Source: Thermoanaerobaculia bacterium (lineage in GTDB: Bacteria; Acidobacteriota; Thermoanaerobaculia; Multivoradales; Multivoraceae). Taken from it: a stretch of 64,000 nt of DNA. A model generated the notes under the pieces. The model was given only the letters and a program-made list of their open reading frames with translations, searched no databases and was not told the DNA's origin. Numbering within the stretch: the stretch's first letter is position 1; the number at the start of each line of letters is the position of its first letter. The position numbers and the translations under genes were made by a program. The stretch spans positions 2,368,001-2,432,000 of the forward strand of contig OY761158.1 of the NCBI GenBank assembly GCA_963664405.1, given 5' to 3'. Positions 49,200-60,119 of the stretch are shown here, piece after piece.

Positions 49200-51065
49200 A
49201 TGTGCGCGCTAAGAAAGATGTGGCTGACCGGCCTACTGCTCTTGACACTCGGCTGTGCCGACGACTCGGTGCAAGTGTCGAGTCAACCGGAGAACGACCC
49301 CGCCCCGGCAGGCGGCATCGAGAGATCGTCGAACCGGAATGCCTACTTCGGCGACGTTCACGTGCACACCAAGTACTCCTTCGACGCCTACATTTTCGGT
49401 ACTCGCAATGATCCGAATGACGCCTACCGATTCGCCAAGGGCGAGTCGCTGACCCACGCGGCCGGGGTCGAGATGAAACTGAAGGCGCCACTCGACTTCT
49501 TGGCGGTCGCTGACCATGCCACCTATCTGGGGATGTTCGAGCAGATGGACAACCCCGATTCAGCGGTTGGCAAACATCCACTGGCGGTCGCATTACGAAG
49601 CGCAGAGACTCCAGAGGACCGGAGCGCCGTTTTCCAAGAGGTGCTGCCGCGTGAGAGGGGCTATGTAGACCCCGACGACCTGCTCGATCTCAGCGTCGTA
49701 GAGAGCGCATGGAAGCAGATCATCGCGGCGGCCGAGCGACACAACGATCCCGGTACGTTCACCACCCTCATTGCGTACGAGTTCACAGCGGGTGGTCCAA
49801 GGGGCGAGAACCTCCACCGAAACGTCATCTTCCCGGGCTCGAATGTGCCGAGCATTCCTTTCAGCCGCCTGGACGCCAAGAACAACCCGGAGAAACTGTG
49901 GGATTGGATGGATGAGCAGCGCGACCAGGGCATCGACTCTCTGGCAATCCCGCACAACTCCAACGGCTCCGACGGATGGATGTTCCAGTTGACCGACAGA
50001 GACGGTAACGCCATCGACCAAGCCTACGCCGAGCAGCGCATGCGCAACGAGCCACTGGTCGAGGTCACCCAGGTCAAGGGCACTTCAGACACCCACCCCC
50101 TCTTGTCTCCGAATGACGAGTGGGCGGACTTCGGGATCATGGAGAGGACCATCGGCAGCGACTTTCCAAGCCGGCCCCAGGGCAGCTACGTGCGCGACGC
50201 GTACTTGAAGGGCCTCGACCTGGAAGAGCAACAAGGCTTCAATCCGTTTCGCTTCGGCCTCATCGGCTCCTCGGATACTCACAACGCGGCCGGGTCGTTT
50301 CGGGAAGAGGACTACTGGAGCAAGACCGGCCTACTAGATATAACGCCGGAGCAGCGAGGGTCGGTCCCTCGAGCCGATACCGGTGAGTACGACGATCCGA
50401 CGAGACAGTACTGGGGGGCATCGGGGTTGGCGGCGGTATGGGCGGAGTCGAATACCCGAGAGGACATCTTTCGTGCCTTAAAGCGGAAGGAGACTTTCGC
50501 CACCACCGGCCCCCGCATGCGCGTTCGCTTTTTCTCCGGTTACGACCTCGACGAAACGGCTCTGGCTGGAGAAGACGGGATCACAAAAGCCTACGCCGAA
50601 GGCGTCCCCATGGGTGGCGATCTGATGGCGGACGGGGCACAACGAGCGCCGCGCTTTCTGGTGTGGGCCACCAGGGACCCGACCACCGTTCCTCTTGCCC
50701 GTTTGCAAGTCATCAAAGGATGGACCCGAGACGGCGAGACGAACGAGCGTGTCTATGACGTGGCCTGCCCCGGCGATTCGACCCCAGACGATTTCCACCG
50801 CTGTCCCGACAACGGAGCCTCCGTAGATCTCGAGACCTGCGCAGCCAGCGAGGGCAGCGCGGGGGCTTCTGAGCTCGAGGCGCTTTGGCAGGACCCGGAC
50901 TTCGACCCCGGTCAGCGCGCCTTCTACTACGTTCGCGTGCTCGAAAACCCGACCTGTCGCTGGTCGACCTGGGATGCCATCCGGGCTGGGAAGCCGCCGA
51001 AAGTGGGCCTGCCTGCCACCATCCAAGAGCGCGCCTGGTCGTCCCCCATCTGGTACGTCCCGTAG
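49200..51065 (+). CDS. DUF3604 (PHP-like metallohydrolase) lipoprotein
   Basis: YFGDVHVHTKYSFDA, ADH, NLHRNV, IPHNSN, GSSDTH, FYYVRVLENP, QERAWSSPIWY. Confidence 0.9.
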   Translation: MCALRKMWLTGLLLLTLGCADDSVQVSSQPENDPAPAGGIERSSNRNAYFGDVHVHTKYSFDAYIFGTRNDPNDAYRFAKGESLTHAAGVEMKLKAPLDFLAVADHATYLGMFEQMDNPDSAVGKHPLAVALRSAETPEDRSAVFQEVLPRERGYVDPDDLLDLSVVESAWKQIIAAAERHNDPGTFTTLIAYEFTAGGPRGENLHRNVIFPGSNVPSIPFSRLDAKNNPEKLWDWMDEQRDQGIDSLAIPHNSNGSDGWMFQLTDRDGNAIDQAYAEQRMRNEPLVEVTQVKGTSDTHPLLSPNDEWADFGIMERTIGSDFPSRPQGSYVRDAYLKGLDLEEQQGFNPFRFGLIGSSDTHNAAGSFREEDYWSKTGLLDITPEQRGSVPRADTGEYDDPTRQYWGASGLAAVWAESNTREDIFRALKRKETFATTGPRMRVRFFSGYDLDETALAGEDGITKAYAEGVPMGGDLMADGAQRAPRFLVWATRDPTTVPLARLQVIKGWTRDGETNERVYDVACPGDSTPDDFHRCPDNGASVDLETCAASEGSAGASELEALWQDPDFDPGQRAFYYVRVLENPTCRWSTWDAIRAGKPPKVGLPATIQERAWSSPIWYVP

Positions 51066-51200
51066 GCTCCAGAAATGATTGCTATCATTTCCTCCGCCTA
51101 GTTTCCTTTTGGCGCCGAGGACGGCGCACTCGGGCTTTGCTTCCTATTCGCTCCGGAAAACGGCTCAGAACGAAGACTCCGACACTCTCCTGGCGCCTGA
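51065..51200 (-). repeat. Repeat family 2 copy (inverted)
   Basis: Reverse complement aligns with 41780-41907 over about 128 bp (ctgagccgttt, gaagcaa, gtgcgccgtcc, gaaatgatagcaatcatttc). Confidence 0.82.
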
Positions 51201-51225
51201 AGTGATGAGTGTCGGGGCGCACAAG

Positions 51226-53695
51226 ATGAAACAAGCTGCCTTCCTCTTGTTCTTTGCCGCTTCCATCGGCTGGACTCAAGAGTCGGGGACTCTTAGCATG
51301 GAAGACGCTCCTTTCCCGGAGCTGCCGCCAGCCGAGATCGCCGGCGAGATCGCGAGTCAACGCATCAGCCCGCAGGAGATGACCGGCGATTGGCCCTCAC
51401 TCTCATCCGCGGCCGATGGCGGCGCCTGGGTGGCCTGGATCGAATGGGACGCAGAGCAGAGCGACCGGGTGCTGGTCCGTCATCGAAGATTCCTCCGGCG
51501 ACTGGGGCGAGCCAATCGAGATCGCCGACGGCAATTGGGACCACTACATGCCAGCCATCGCAGCCACCCCCAATGGAGCCGTCGTCGCCTGGTCCGCTCA
51601 GGTCGACGGCGACTACGATCTCTTCACCGCCGCCGTCTCGAATGACGGCGGAGTCGGCACTGTCGAAACGCTCTCGTCGATGAAGCACGGTGACTTTCAC
51701 GTTCGACTTGCGGCCGACGCCGGGGGCAATGTCACCGCGGTCTGGCAGTCGTTCGGCGGAGAGAGCGCCGATATCTATGCTCGAAGGCTGAGCAAAGGCT
51801 CGTGGGGACCGAGCACCCGCATATCGACGTCCGAGGCCTCCGACTGGGAGCCCTCCATTGCGCTGGACTCCCGAGGCAGGGCGTGGATCTCTTGGGACAC
51901 TTACCACGCCGGGAACTATGACGTCCTCCTGGCCTCCTTCGACGGCCAGGAGACCGGCTCGCAGATCCCGATCGCCACCGGCCCCGACGCACAGTTCCAC
52001 TCGAGCTTGGCTATCGACTCGATGGACCGCATCTGGGTGGCCTATGACACCGCTCTCCCGAATTGGGGCAAGGACTTCTCCACCTCCGGAGGCGTCGAGG
52101 GCAGCGAGGGCCTACACGCTCGGCGAGGCCTCGGAGTCCGTGTTTACAAGAGCGGGCGCGTCTTCGAACCGCAATCCGACGTCCGCGACATTCTCACCGG
52201 TCGTATGAGCCGCTTTGCCGAGCTACCGACGATCTCGATCGACGGCAGGGGCTCGGCGTGGCTTGTCTTTCGCCATTGGACGACCCACAAGCCTCACGAG
52301 ATGTACGACGTCTACGCGACCCGCCTCGCCGAAACCGGTTGGACCACCCCGGTGCGACTGACCCACAGCGCGGGACGTAATACCCAGCGCACCTCGGTCG
52401 CGACCCAGCCCGACGGCTCTCTGCTGGCAGGGTATGCCAGCGACCTGCGCTCGGCCGAGAACCTCCCCAGAAGCCAAACGCACTCTCTGCACTACAACGT
52501 CTTCGTCGCCAAGCTCGAGGCGGGCGAATCCGGCGACCCGGCGCTCGAGGAGGTCGAGGCCGCAGCCCCCCGCGCCGACTTTGTACCCCGGCAGCGGGCG
52601 AAGATGACCGTCGACGGCAAGACCTACACCCTGCTGCTCGGTGACTGCCACCGCCACACCGATATCCGCGGCCACTCAGGAGTCGACTCCTCGACCGAGG
52701 ACACCTATCGCTACGCGATTGACGCCGCACAGCTCGACTTCGTCGGGCCGAGCGACCACAACGCCGTGGTCGGCGGGCGATGGCCCGACGGTCTACGCGA
52801 CTACAGCTGGTGGTATCAACAGAAGCTCGTCGATGTTTACACTCACGGGCCACGCTTTTGGGGTATCTACACCTACGAGCACTCGATGAGCCGCCCGGGC
52901 GGCCACCGCAACGTTCTCCTGCTGAAGCGAGGCGCGCCCCTACGCCCAATCGACCGCGAGAAGGGCATCGATTCCGCCGACAACTCTCCGCCGGTGCTGT
53001 GGGACTGGGCGAGAAAGAATGTGCTCAGCCAGCAAGGGCAGAAAATGGTGATCGTTCCCCACACTTTCGCCGCCGGCCCGCTAGCCGACTGGAACTGGCC
53101 GAACTCGGAGTTCGACTGCCTGCTCGAGATCTACCAGGGCGCACGGGGAAGCTACGAGAAGTGGCGCTTGCCGAAGGCCCAGCTGCGTGGCAGCACCCAG
53201 ACCGACGACCCCGGCCACTTCGCCGTGGACGCTCTCGACAAAGGGAATATCTACGGCTTCGTCTCCTTCAGCGACCACCGCTCGACCCACAACTCGTGGG
53301 CCGCGATCTGGGCCGCCGACGAGACCCGGGAGGCACTTTTCGATGCAATGCTCGAGCGACGTACTTTCGCCGCCACCGACGAGATCGTGCTCAAGGTCTC
53401 AGCGGACGGCCGCAATATGGGCGAGCAGTTCACGGCCAAGGTCGGCGCGCCACCGGAGATTGTGATCGACGTCGAGGCCCCGGACTTGATCCTTCGCGTC
53501 GACGTGGTCAAGAACGGAGAATACGTATACACCCAGCGTCCAGGGAGCCGAAGCGCGCGGCTCAGGTACCGCGATTCTTCTCCAACAGCCGGCGACAGCT
53601 ATTACTACGTGCGCGTCTTTCAGCGTGATCCCGACAACCCGACCGGTGATCCCGAGATCGCATGGGCGTCGCCCTTCTTCGTCAAATACGAGTAA
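51226..53695 (+). pseudogene. Beta-propeller plus DUF3604/PHP-like secreted protein with a 1-bp frameshift
   Basis: MKQAAFLLFF signal..VLVRHR, extra A at about 51489, then DSSGDWGEP..GDCHRHT, SDH, GHRN, PH, SDH, YYYVRV, AWASP. Could be a sequencing error. Confidence 0.78.
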
Positions 53696-53708
53696 CGGCC
53701 GCGGCCTG

Positions 53709-54545
53709 ATGAGAAGCCAGACCCTCCTCGTTGCCGTAGCTGCCCTACTCCTCGAAGGTGGAGGTCGGGCCCAGGAGATCCCGTTCGAGCAACAGGTCTT
53801 CAACGAGCAAGTCCTTCGGCCCTCGGGCCAGCCCGTCGTTCCCATATTTGACGGGTGGTTCGAGAACCCTGACGGAACGCACGCGATCTGCTTCGGGTAC
53901 TTCAACCTCAACACCGAGGAGGTCGTCGAGATCGCTCTCGGCCCTGACAACTTCATCGAGCCCGTCGAGCTCGATGGGCTGCAGCCAAGCCACTTCGATC
54001 CGGTCCCCGCCGCAGGCTATCGGCGGCACTTCTGTGTTTTCAGCGTGACGGTTCCGAAGGACTTCGGCAATGGGCGTGTGGTCTGGACTCTGCGTCGAGG
54101 TGGAGAAACGATCTCCACGCCGGGAAAGCTGACTCCATCCTACGTGCTGGATGAGCCCGATGCGGGGGCGAGAGGGGTCACCGCGCCGGCCCTCGAGCTC
54201 GATTCGCGCGGACCAGTGTTTCGGGGGCGAAAGGGACACACCGCCAAGCCTCGCAGGGTGTCTGTGGGTGAGCCCCTGAATCTGACAGTGCGCGTCGATC
54301 ACCCGGCTCCCGAGAGCTGGATCGGCTGGAGCAAGCATCAGGGGCCCGGCGATGTCGAGCTGAGCCAAGCGGAGCTCGAGGTCGATCGTGAAGACGGCAC
54401 CGCCACCGTGCGCGCAAGGTTCAGCGAGCCCGGCGAGTACCTCCTTCGAGTGCAAGCCATCTACTCGACGACCTCGTTCGAATACCACTGCTGTTGGACG
54501 AACGGGTACGTCCCCGTCATAGTCACCTCCAGCCCACCGAAGTGA
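53709..54545 (+). CDS. Conserved secreted hypothetical protein with a C-terminal Ig/PKD-like domain
   Basis: Signal peptide, GQPVVPIFDGW, FGYFNLN, WSKHQGPG, FSEPGEYLLR, terminal HCCWTN. Confidence 0.75.
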   Translation: MRSQTLLVAVAALLLEGGGRAQEIPFEQQVFNEQVLRPSGQPVVPIFDGWFENPDGTHAICFGYFNLNTEEVVEIALGPDNFIEPVELDGLQPSHFDPVPAAGYRRHFCVFSVTVPKDFGNGRVVWTLRRGGETISTPGKLTPSYVLDEPDAGARGVTAPALELDSRGPVFRGRKGHTAKPRRVSVGEPLNLTVRVDHPAPESWIGWSKHQGPGDVELSQAELEVDREDGTATVRARFSEPGEYLLRVQAIYSTTSFEYHCCWTNGYVPVIVTSSPPK

Positions 54546-54629
54546 TGAACTATCATTGGCACCGGTCAGTGCTGGATGACATGGCGCGCAAACGGTCTGC
54601 GGCCAGGTGCGAAAGCTCCTAATGAGTGC

Positions 54630-56144
54630 ATGATGCGAAGCCGACGAGGAACTGCTAGACCAGCGTTTCCAAAGTTCGTGTGCAATAGCTCGAGCTCATT
54701 CTGTTCGCTGGCCAGGCGCGCCGACGCAGGCATATTGGGCAATATGTCGAGGAGGCGAAACGCCGCCAGCGGACAGAAGGGACCGAGATATGTGCGCGAA
54801 CTTTGGAAACGCTGGTCTAGTCGCCACGCGGCAACCCTCGCGACGCTTGCCGCTCTGGGCAGCGTCACCAACCCGAGTACCGCCCAAGACGTCACCTTTG
54901 CCAGAGATATCGCGCCGATCCTCTACCAGAGCTGTGTCGGCTGTCATCGCTCCGACTCGTACGCGCCGATGTCCCTGCTCACCTACCGAGAGGCTCGTCC
55001 CTGGGCGAAGGCGATTCGCAAGGCCGTGCTGCAGAGGCAGATGCCGCCCTGGCACGTAGACCGCACCGTCGGCATCCAGGCCTACGAGAACGACACCTCC
55101 CTGAGCGAGAAAGAGATCCAGACGATCGTGAGCTGGGTCGACGCCGGCGCACCTCTGGGCAACGAGGCGGATTTGCCTCCGTCTCCCCATCTCCGCGATG
55201 GAGGTGCCTGGCGACTCGAGTCCCAATTGGGGCGCCCGCCCGATGTCATCGTGAGCTCGACTCCCTACGACGCAGTCGACAACGGCCAGGACCAATGGTG
55301 GGGCCCCACCGTGCCCTTCGAAGGATTCGATGAGGAGCGCTGGATCAAGGCGTACGAGTTCAAGCCGGCCTGGCCACTTGGTCTTCGCGTCGTCCACCAC
55401 GGCCACGCGACCCTGACGGCAGGCGAACGCGACATCGCCATCGCCCACTACGGGGTCGGCAAGCGATACGAGACCTTCCCCGACGACGTCGGCATGATGC
55501 TACCCGCCGGAGCCGGGCAGGTGACATGGAATCTCCACTACTTCCCGGTCGGGATCGATGTGCCGCAGGACGTGGTGGACGTCGGCCTGTGGCTGTATCC
55601 AAGAGGCGAAGAGCCCGGCCTGGAGACGCGCGGAGAAGTGCTGATGAGAGTCGATCGCATGGGCGGTATGCCGAGAGGTGGCGACATCCTGCTGCCGCCG
55701 CACGGAAAACAAGTGCTTCAAGGCGTCCATGTCTTGGAGCACCCGAGCTTGATCTCGAGCTTCCGACCGCACATGCACATGCGCGGTAAAGAGATGTCGT
55801 TCGAGGCGATCTATCCGGACGGTCGCCGACAGATGTTGGGGAAGGTCTCTGACTACAAACACAACTGGCAGATCTCCTATCAGTTCGCAGCCGACGCGAA
55901 GCCGCTGCTACCCAAGGGCACGATGCTGCTGTTTACGTCGGTCTTCGACAACAGCGCGGCAAACCCGCTCAACCCCGATCCCGAACAATGGGTCGTCTTC
56001 GGGCGCCGCGGCGTGGACGAGATGTCCCACATGTGGGTCGGAATCACCGATCTGACGACAGAGGAGCTCGAGTCTCGGGTCGCCGCGCGCGAAGCCAGGC
56101 TCCAGGCCGCGCAGGGCACTGCCGGCAGCACCGGTGAGCAGTAG
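54630..56144 (+). CDS. Cytochrome c-fused copper type II (PHM/DBH-like) monooxygenase
   Basis: CVGCH..MPPW heme domain; VVHH (55395), LHY (55536), HMH (55770), DEM (56022). MITE inserted in frame in the signal region. Confidence 0.78.
   Translation: MMRSRRGTARPAFPKFVCNSSSSFCSLARRADAGILGNMSRRRNAASGQKGPRYVRELWKRWSSRHAATLATLAALGSVTNPSTAQDVTFARDIAPILYQSCVGCHRSDSYAPMSLLTYREARPWAKAIRKAVLQRQMPPWHVDRTVGIQAYENDTSLSEKEIQTIVSWVDAGAPLGNEADLPPSPHLRDGGAWRLESQLGRPPDVIVSSTPYDAVDNGQDQWWGPTVPFEGFDEERWIKAYEFKPAWPLGLRVVHHGHATLTAGERDIAIAHYGVGKRYETFPDDVGMMLPAGAGQVTWNLHYFPVGIDVPQDVVDVGLWLYPRGEEPGLETRGEVLMRVDRMGGMPRGGDILLPPHGKQVLQGVHVLEHPSLISSFRPHMHMRGKEMSFEAIYPDGRRQMLGKVSDYKHNWQISYQFAADAKPLLPKGTMLLFTSVFDNSAANPLNPDPEQWVVFGRRGVDEMSHMWVGITDLTTEELESRVAAREARLQAAQGTAGSTGEQ
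54655..54820 (+). mobile_element. MITE family 1, full copy inserted in frame
   Basis: CTAG-to-CTAG distance is 162 bp (54 codons) with no stop in the host frame. Confidence 0.92.
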
Positions 56145-56153
56145 ACGTCCCGC

Positions 56154-58367
56154 GTGATGCAGACGGCGCTTCCTTCTGTTCGGCGGCTCGGCCAGCTCAG
56201 TGTCGTGGCCCTGACCGCTACCGCGCCAGGATCGTGGAGCGAAGCTCTTGCCCAAGATATCTCTGAGCAAGCGGCGGCCGGGGCGGACTTGTACACCGAG
56301 GTATGCGCCGATTGCCACCTCGGCGACCTCGCGGGGTCGTTCGAAGCACCGGAGCTCGCGGGTCCCGACTTCCGAAACAGATGGGCCGGATCTCCGGTGA
56401 AGGATCTCATCGAGCTCATCCGCTTGACGATGCCACCCGAGGAGCCGCGCTCGCTGACGGCCGAAAAGGCGGCCGAAGTGGCAGCTTTCATTCTGAGTCG
56501 CAACGACGTGCCGACGGCCGACACTCGGCTGAGCGCTACGGCGACCGGAGACGTGTTCGAGGAAGCGCCGGCAGCGTCGGCAGCGCCAGGAGCTCCCGCA
56601 GCGGATGTCGAGGTGCGACGACCACCGGTGCCGGGTCTGCCCGGTACGGTCCCCTCTCCGGACGGACGAAACGCGGCGCCCGAGGTGGGAGAAGTCTTCG
56701 AGACCTCGAGCTCGATCACCCGCACCTATCGTCCGCCGCGGCGACGCGTGTCGGTCTCCGCCGCCGAGCTGGTCAATCCACCCGCTGGTGATTGGCTCCA
56801 CTGGCGGGGCACTCCGGGTGCCCTCGGCTACAGCGAGCTCGCCCAGATCAGGCGAGAAAACGTCCACCGTCTCCAGCTTGCGTGGGTCTGGGGCATGGAG
56901 CCGGGGACGAGCCAACCGTCGTTCCTGGTCCGGGACGGCGTGGTCTTCCTGCCCAACCAGCGCAACGTCATCCAAGCTTTGGACGGAAGGGACGGAACCC
57001 TGCTGTGGGAGTACCGCCGCAGCTTCGAGGAGGGCACCAACCTCGGACGCGGCCATCTGAGAAGTCTCGCGATCTGGGAGGACCTCGTCTTCGTGGCGAC
57101 CATCGACGCCCATCTCGTTGCGCTCGACGCAAACACGGGACAGGTGCGCTGGGAAACGGAGGTTGCGGATCGCAGCCTCGGCTTCGGATACACCTCCGGG
57201 CCGATCGTGGCGGGTGACCGAGTGGTCACCGGCATCGCCGGCTGCGCACGGCTACAAGAGGAGAGCTGCTTCATCACCGCCCACGACGCGCGAACGGGAA
57301 CCGAGCTGTGGCGAACCTTTACAGTCGCGCGCCCCGGCGAGCCTGGCGGCGACAGCTGGGGCGCTCTGCCCTGGGCGCTTCGCGGCGGCGCCGACGTCTG
57401 GATCCCCGGCAGCTGGGACCCCGAGCTCGGGCTGGTGTTCTTCGGCACTGCCCAGGCCAAGCCGTGGGTGGCGGCGAGCCGTGGTCTGACCACCGCAGAT
57501 TCGACTCTCTACGCCAACTCGACGTTGGCACTCGACATCGTCGACGGTCACATCGTCTGGTACCGGCAGCATGTTCCAGGCGAGACGCTGGATATGGACG
57601 AGGCCTTCGAGCAGGTGCTTGTCGACGTGGAGGGTCGCCCCCTCCACCTCTCGATCGGCAAGAGTGGAATCCTCTGGAAGCTGGATCGGCGCGACGGCTC
57701 TTTCCTAGGGCTCACCGAGACCGTCTATCAGAACATCTTCGACCAGGTGAACCCGAAGACGGGCGCTGTCGTCTATCGGGAGGACATCCAAGAGGCCCGA
57801 GTCGGCGAGTGGCTGTCGGTCTGTCCATCGACGGCGGGCGGCCACAACTGGCAGTCGACCGCGTTCTACCCACCGAGCGCGTTGCTTGTAGCGCCGCTGA
57901 GCCAGAGCTGCATGGAGATTGCGGGTCAAGAGATGGCGATGGAGCCGGGGCGCGGCGGAACCGGCGCGGCGCGGATGTGGAAGCCGATGCCCGGGAAGGA
58001 GGGGCTCTTCGCTAGGCTGGCCGCCTACGACGTTTCCACTCTCGAAGAGATCTGGAGAGTTGAGCAGAAGGCGCCTTTCATGACCGCAGCTCTCACCACG
58101 GCGGGCGGCCTCGCTTTCATCGGTGACTTCGACCGCTGGGTTCGGGCCTACGACGTCGACACCGGAAGGCCCTTGTGGCAGACACGCCTGGCGAGTACTG
58201 TCGAGGGTTTTCCAGTGACATTCGCGATCGATGGCGTCCAATACTTCGGGATTCCGACCGGCAGGGGCGGAGGCAGCCCGTGGAGGATCGGCGACTTCCT
58301 CACCCCGGAGCTGATCAGCCCGGCAGGGCACAACGCACTCTATGTCTTCCGTTTGGGAGAGCCATGA
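56154..58367 (+). CDS. Quinohemoprotein: N-terminal cytochrome c plus PQQ dehydrogenase
   Basis: CADCH..MPP, then [38 protein letters not shown]. Confidence 0.9.
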   Translation: MMQTALPSVRRLGQLSVVALTATAPGSWSEALAQDISEQAAAGADLYTEVCADCHLGDLAGSFEAPELAGPDFRNRWAGSPVKDLIELIRLTMPPEEPRSLTAEKAAEVAAFILSRNDVPTADTRLSATATGDVFEEAPAASAAPGAPAADVEVRRPPVPGLPGTVPSPDGRNAAPEVGEVFETSSSITRTYRPPRRRVSVSAAELVNPPAGDWLHWRGTPGALGYSELAQIRRENVHRLQLAWVWGMEPGTSQPSFLVRDGVVFLPNQRNVIQALDGRDGTLLWEYRRSFEEGTNLGRGHLRSLAIWEDLVFVATIDAHLVALDANTGQVRWETEVADRSLGFGYTSGPIVAGDRVVTGIAGCARLQEESCFITAHDARTGTELWRTFTVARPGEPGGDSWGALPWALRGGADVWIPGSWDPELGLVFFGTAQAKPWVAASRGLTTADSTLYANSTLALDIVDGHIVWYRQHVPGETLDMDEAFEQVLVDVEGRPLHLSIGKSGILWKLDRRDGSFLGLTETVYQNIFDQVNPKTGAVVYREDIQEARVGEWLSVCPSTAGGHNWQSTAFYPPSALLVAPLSQSCMEIAGQEMAMEPGRGGTGAARMWKPMPGKEGLFARLAAYDVSTLEEIWRVEQKAPFMTAALTTAGGLAFIGDFDRWVRAYDVDTGRPLWQTRLASTVEGFPVTFAIDGVQYFGIPTGRGGGSPWRIGDFLTPELISPAGHNALYVFRLGEP

Positions 58368-59389
58368 GGGCGGCGAGGAATCTGCGCGGCGTGTTTGTTC
58401 TCGGGGCGCTCCTGGGTGCCCCCGCGGTCACGGCCCAGCCGGCGGAGGGCTATAGAGCCGTCGAAGGTTGGGCCCGGCTACCCGCCGGGAGATCCTGGGG
58501 CGCTGTGACCGGGGTTTTCCCCGATCCCGACGGAAGGCATATGTGGGTGCTCGACCGATGCGGAGCCAATAGTTGTCTCGATTCGGAGCTCGATCCGGTC
58601 TTTCAGTTCGATCTCGACGGCAATCTCACAGAGAGCTTCGGGAGAGGTCTTTTTGCGTGGCCGCACGGGTTCTTTGTCGACCGAGAAGGACATGTCTGGG
58701 TCGCCGACGGTCCTTCCGGTGCTCTCGCCGAGGCCGCCACAGCTCGGGGCAAGGGACAGCAAGTCTTCAAGCTGAGCTCCGAGGGCGCGGTTCTGATGAC
58801 ACTCGGTGGGGCCGGAGTGATCGGTGGTCCCACAGCCGAAGACAGTTTCAACGCGCCGTCGGACGTCTTGGTTTCCCCCACCGGCGAGATCTACGTCCTC
58901 GACGGGCACGGCGAAGGCGGCAACAACCGGGTCGTCCAGTTCACCGCCAAGGGTCGCTTCGTCCGCAGCTGGGGAACCAGCGGGCCGGGGCCCGCCGCTG
59001 GGGAGCTCTCTGATCCCCACGCGATCGCAATGGACTCTCAAGGCCGCATCTTCGTCGCAGATCGCCGCAACATCCGCATCCAGATTTTCGACCGAAACGG
59101 AAGGTTCCTCGAACATTGGAGTCACTTCGGGCCGCCAAGCAGCATCTACATCGACGAAGGTGACACGATCTACGTAACCGACACCCAGACCCGAGCGCTA
59201 CCGAGCTGGGTTGGCGAGCGGCGCAAAGAAGGCTGGGTGAGAGGCATTCGGATCGGAAACGCCCGTACCAGTGAGGTCATCGAGTTCATCCCGAGCGACG
59301 CGGAGTTCGTCGCCTCCGACCCAGCAGGCAACGTCTATGGCGCCCACGTACCCGGTACGAAGCTGATCAAGTACGAGCGACTCGAGTAG
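58364..59389 (+). CDS. NHL-repeat PAL-like (peptidyl-alpha-hydroxyglycine alpha-amidating lyase family) protein
   Basis: Signal peptide, [39 protein letters not shown]; ATGA overlap with the upstream gene. Confidence 0.82.
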   Translation: MRAARNLRGVFVLGALLGAPAVTAQPAEGYRAVEGWARLPAGRSWGAVTGVFPDPDGRHMWVLDRCGANSCLDSELDPVFQFDLDGNLTESFGRGLFAWPHGFFVDREGHVWVADGPSGALAEAATARGKGQQVFKLSSEGAVLMTLGGAGVIGGPTAEDSFNAPSDVLVSPTGEIYVLDGHGEGGNNRVVQFTAKGRFVRSWGTSGPGPAAGELSDPHAIAMDSQGRIFVADRRNIRIQIFDRNGRFLEHWSHFGPPSSIYIDEGDTIYVTDTQTRALPSWVGERRKEGWVRGIRIGNARTSEVIEFIPSDAEFVASDPAGNVYGAHVPGTKLIKYERLE

Positions 59390-59465
59390 CCTCACTGATC
59401 GAGACGAGCGCGTGGCGCTACTTACCCAGGCGAGACTGAAAGGCTCCGGAGCGAGGGAATAACCG

Positions 59466-60005
59466 TTAACCGCTGATGCCGACCGAGACGGCGAGCTTCT
59501 CCCAGCGCAGCACGATGCCGTCGCCGGTCACCTCGTAGGTGAGCTCCTCGACGTTGTCGGCCGCTTCGGGCTTAACCGTCGCCCGCATCTGGTCATCACC
59601 CGCGTCATAGCGGAACGCGCCCCACTGAGTCGCAGTCTTATTGAGGATCACGGTCCATTCGCCCTCCTGTGGAAGAAAGAACAGGCTGTAGGTACCCTTC
59701 GGTACCGCCGTACCTTCGACCTTCACGTCGGCCGAGAAGGTGATCGTGTTTGCCTCGTTGGCGCCGGCGCGCCAGACCGCGCCGTTGGGGACGAGTCCGC
59801 CCCAGATCTTGCGCCCCTTGACCTGCGGTCGGCCATAGGTGATGGTGACCTTGCTGCCGCCAATGGTGCCCTCAGCCATGCCATTCTTCGACGGACGATC
59901 GCCGTCATCGCCCCGCTCCTGAGCCAGTGTTGGAGCGGCAAGCGCCGAAACCAGGGCCGCCATCAAGAGTAGAGCTGCAGTTTTGTGTTCGAGAAAGACC
60001 CGCAT
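59466..60005 (-). CDS. DUF2911 secreted protein
   Basis: RPS, YGRPQVKGRKIWGGLVP..VWRAGANE, GTYSLF, QWGAFRYD. Confidence 0.9.
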   Translation of the reverse strand: MRVFLEHKTAALLLMAALVSALAAPTLAQERGDDGDRPSKNGMAEGTIGGSKVTITYGRPQVKGRKIWGGLVPNGAVWRAGANEANTITFSADVKVEGTAVPKGTYSLFFLPQEGEWTVILNKTATQWGAFRYDAGDDQMRATVKPEAADNVEELTYEVTGDGIVLRWEKLAVSVGISG

Positions 60006-60119
60006 CGTTCGACCTCCAGTTGAGCACTTCGTTCTGTTATCTCCGAGACTCTAACGTACGTACGTCGACCTGTTTGGGTTCTGCGTAGGGCGGTCTGAGC
60101 CCCGTTGTCACCGGGCATT

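Noticed and set aside
51480-51495. Programmed ribosomal frameshift
   Set aside because: No slippery heptamer; a one-base insertion or sequencing error is simpler.
57585-57610. Lanthanide-binding DxD motif in the quinohemoprotein
   Set aside because: LDMDE resembles the motif, but the other metal ligands and the vicinal disulfide cannot be identified by eye; it needs a structural alignment.
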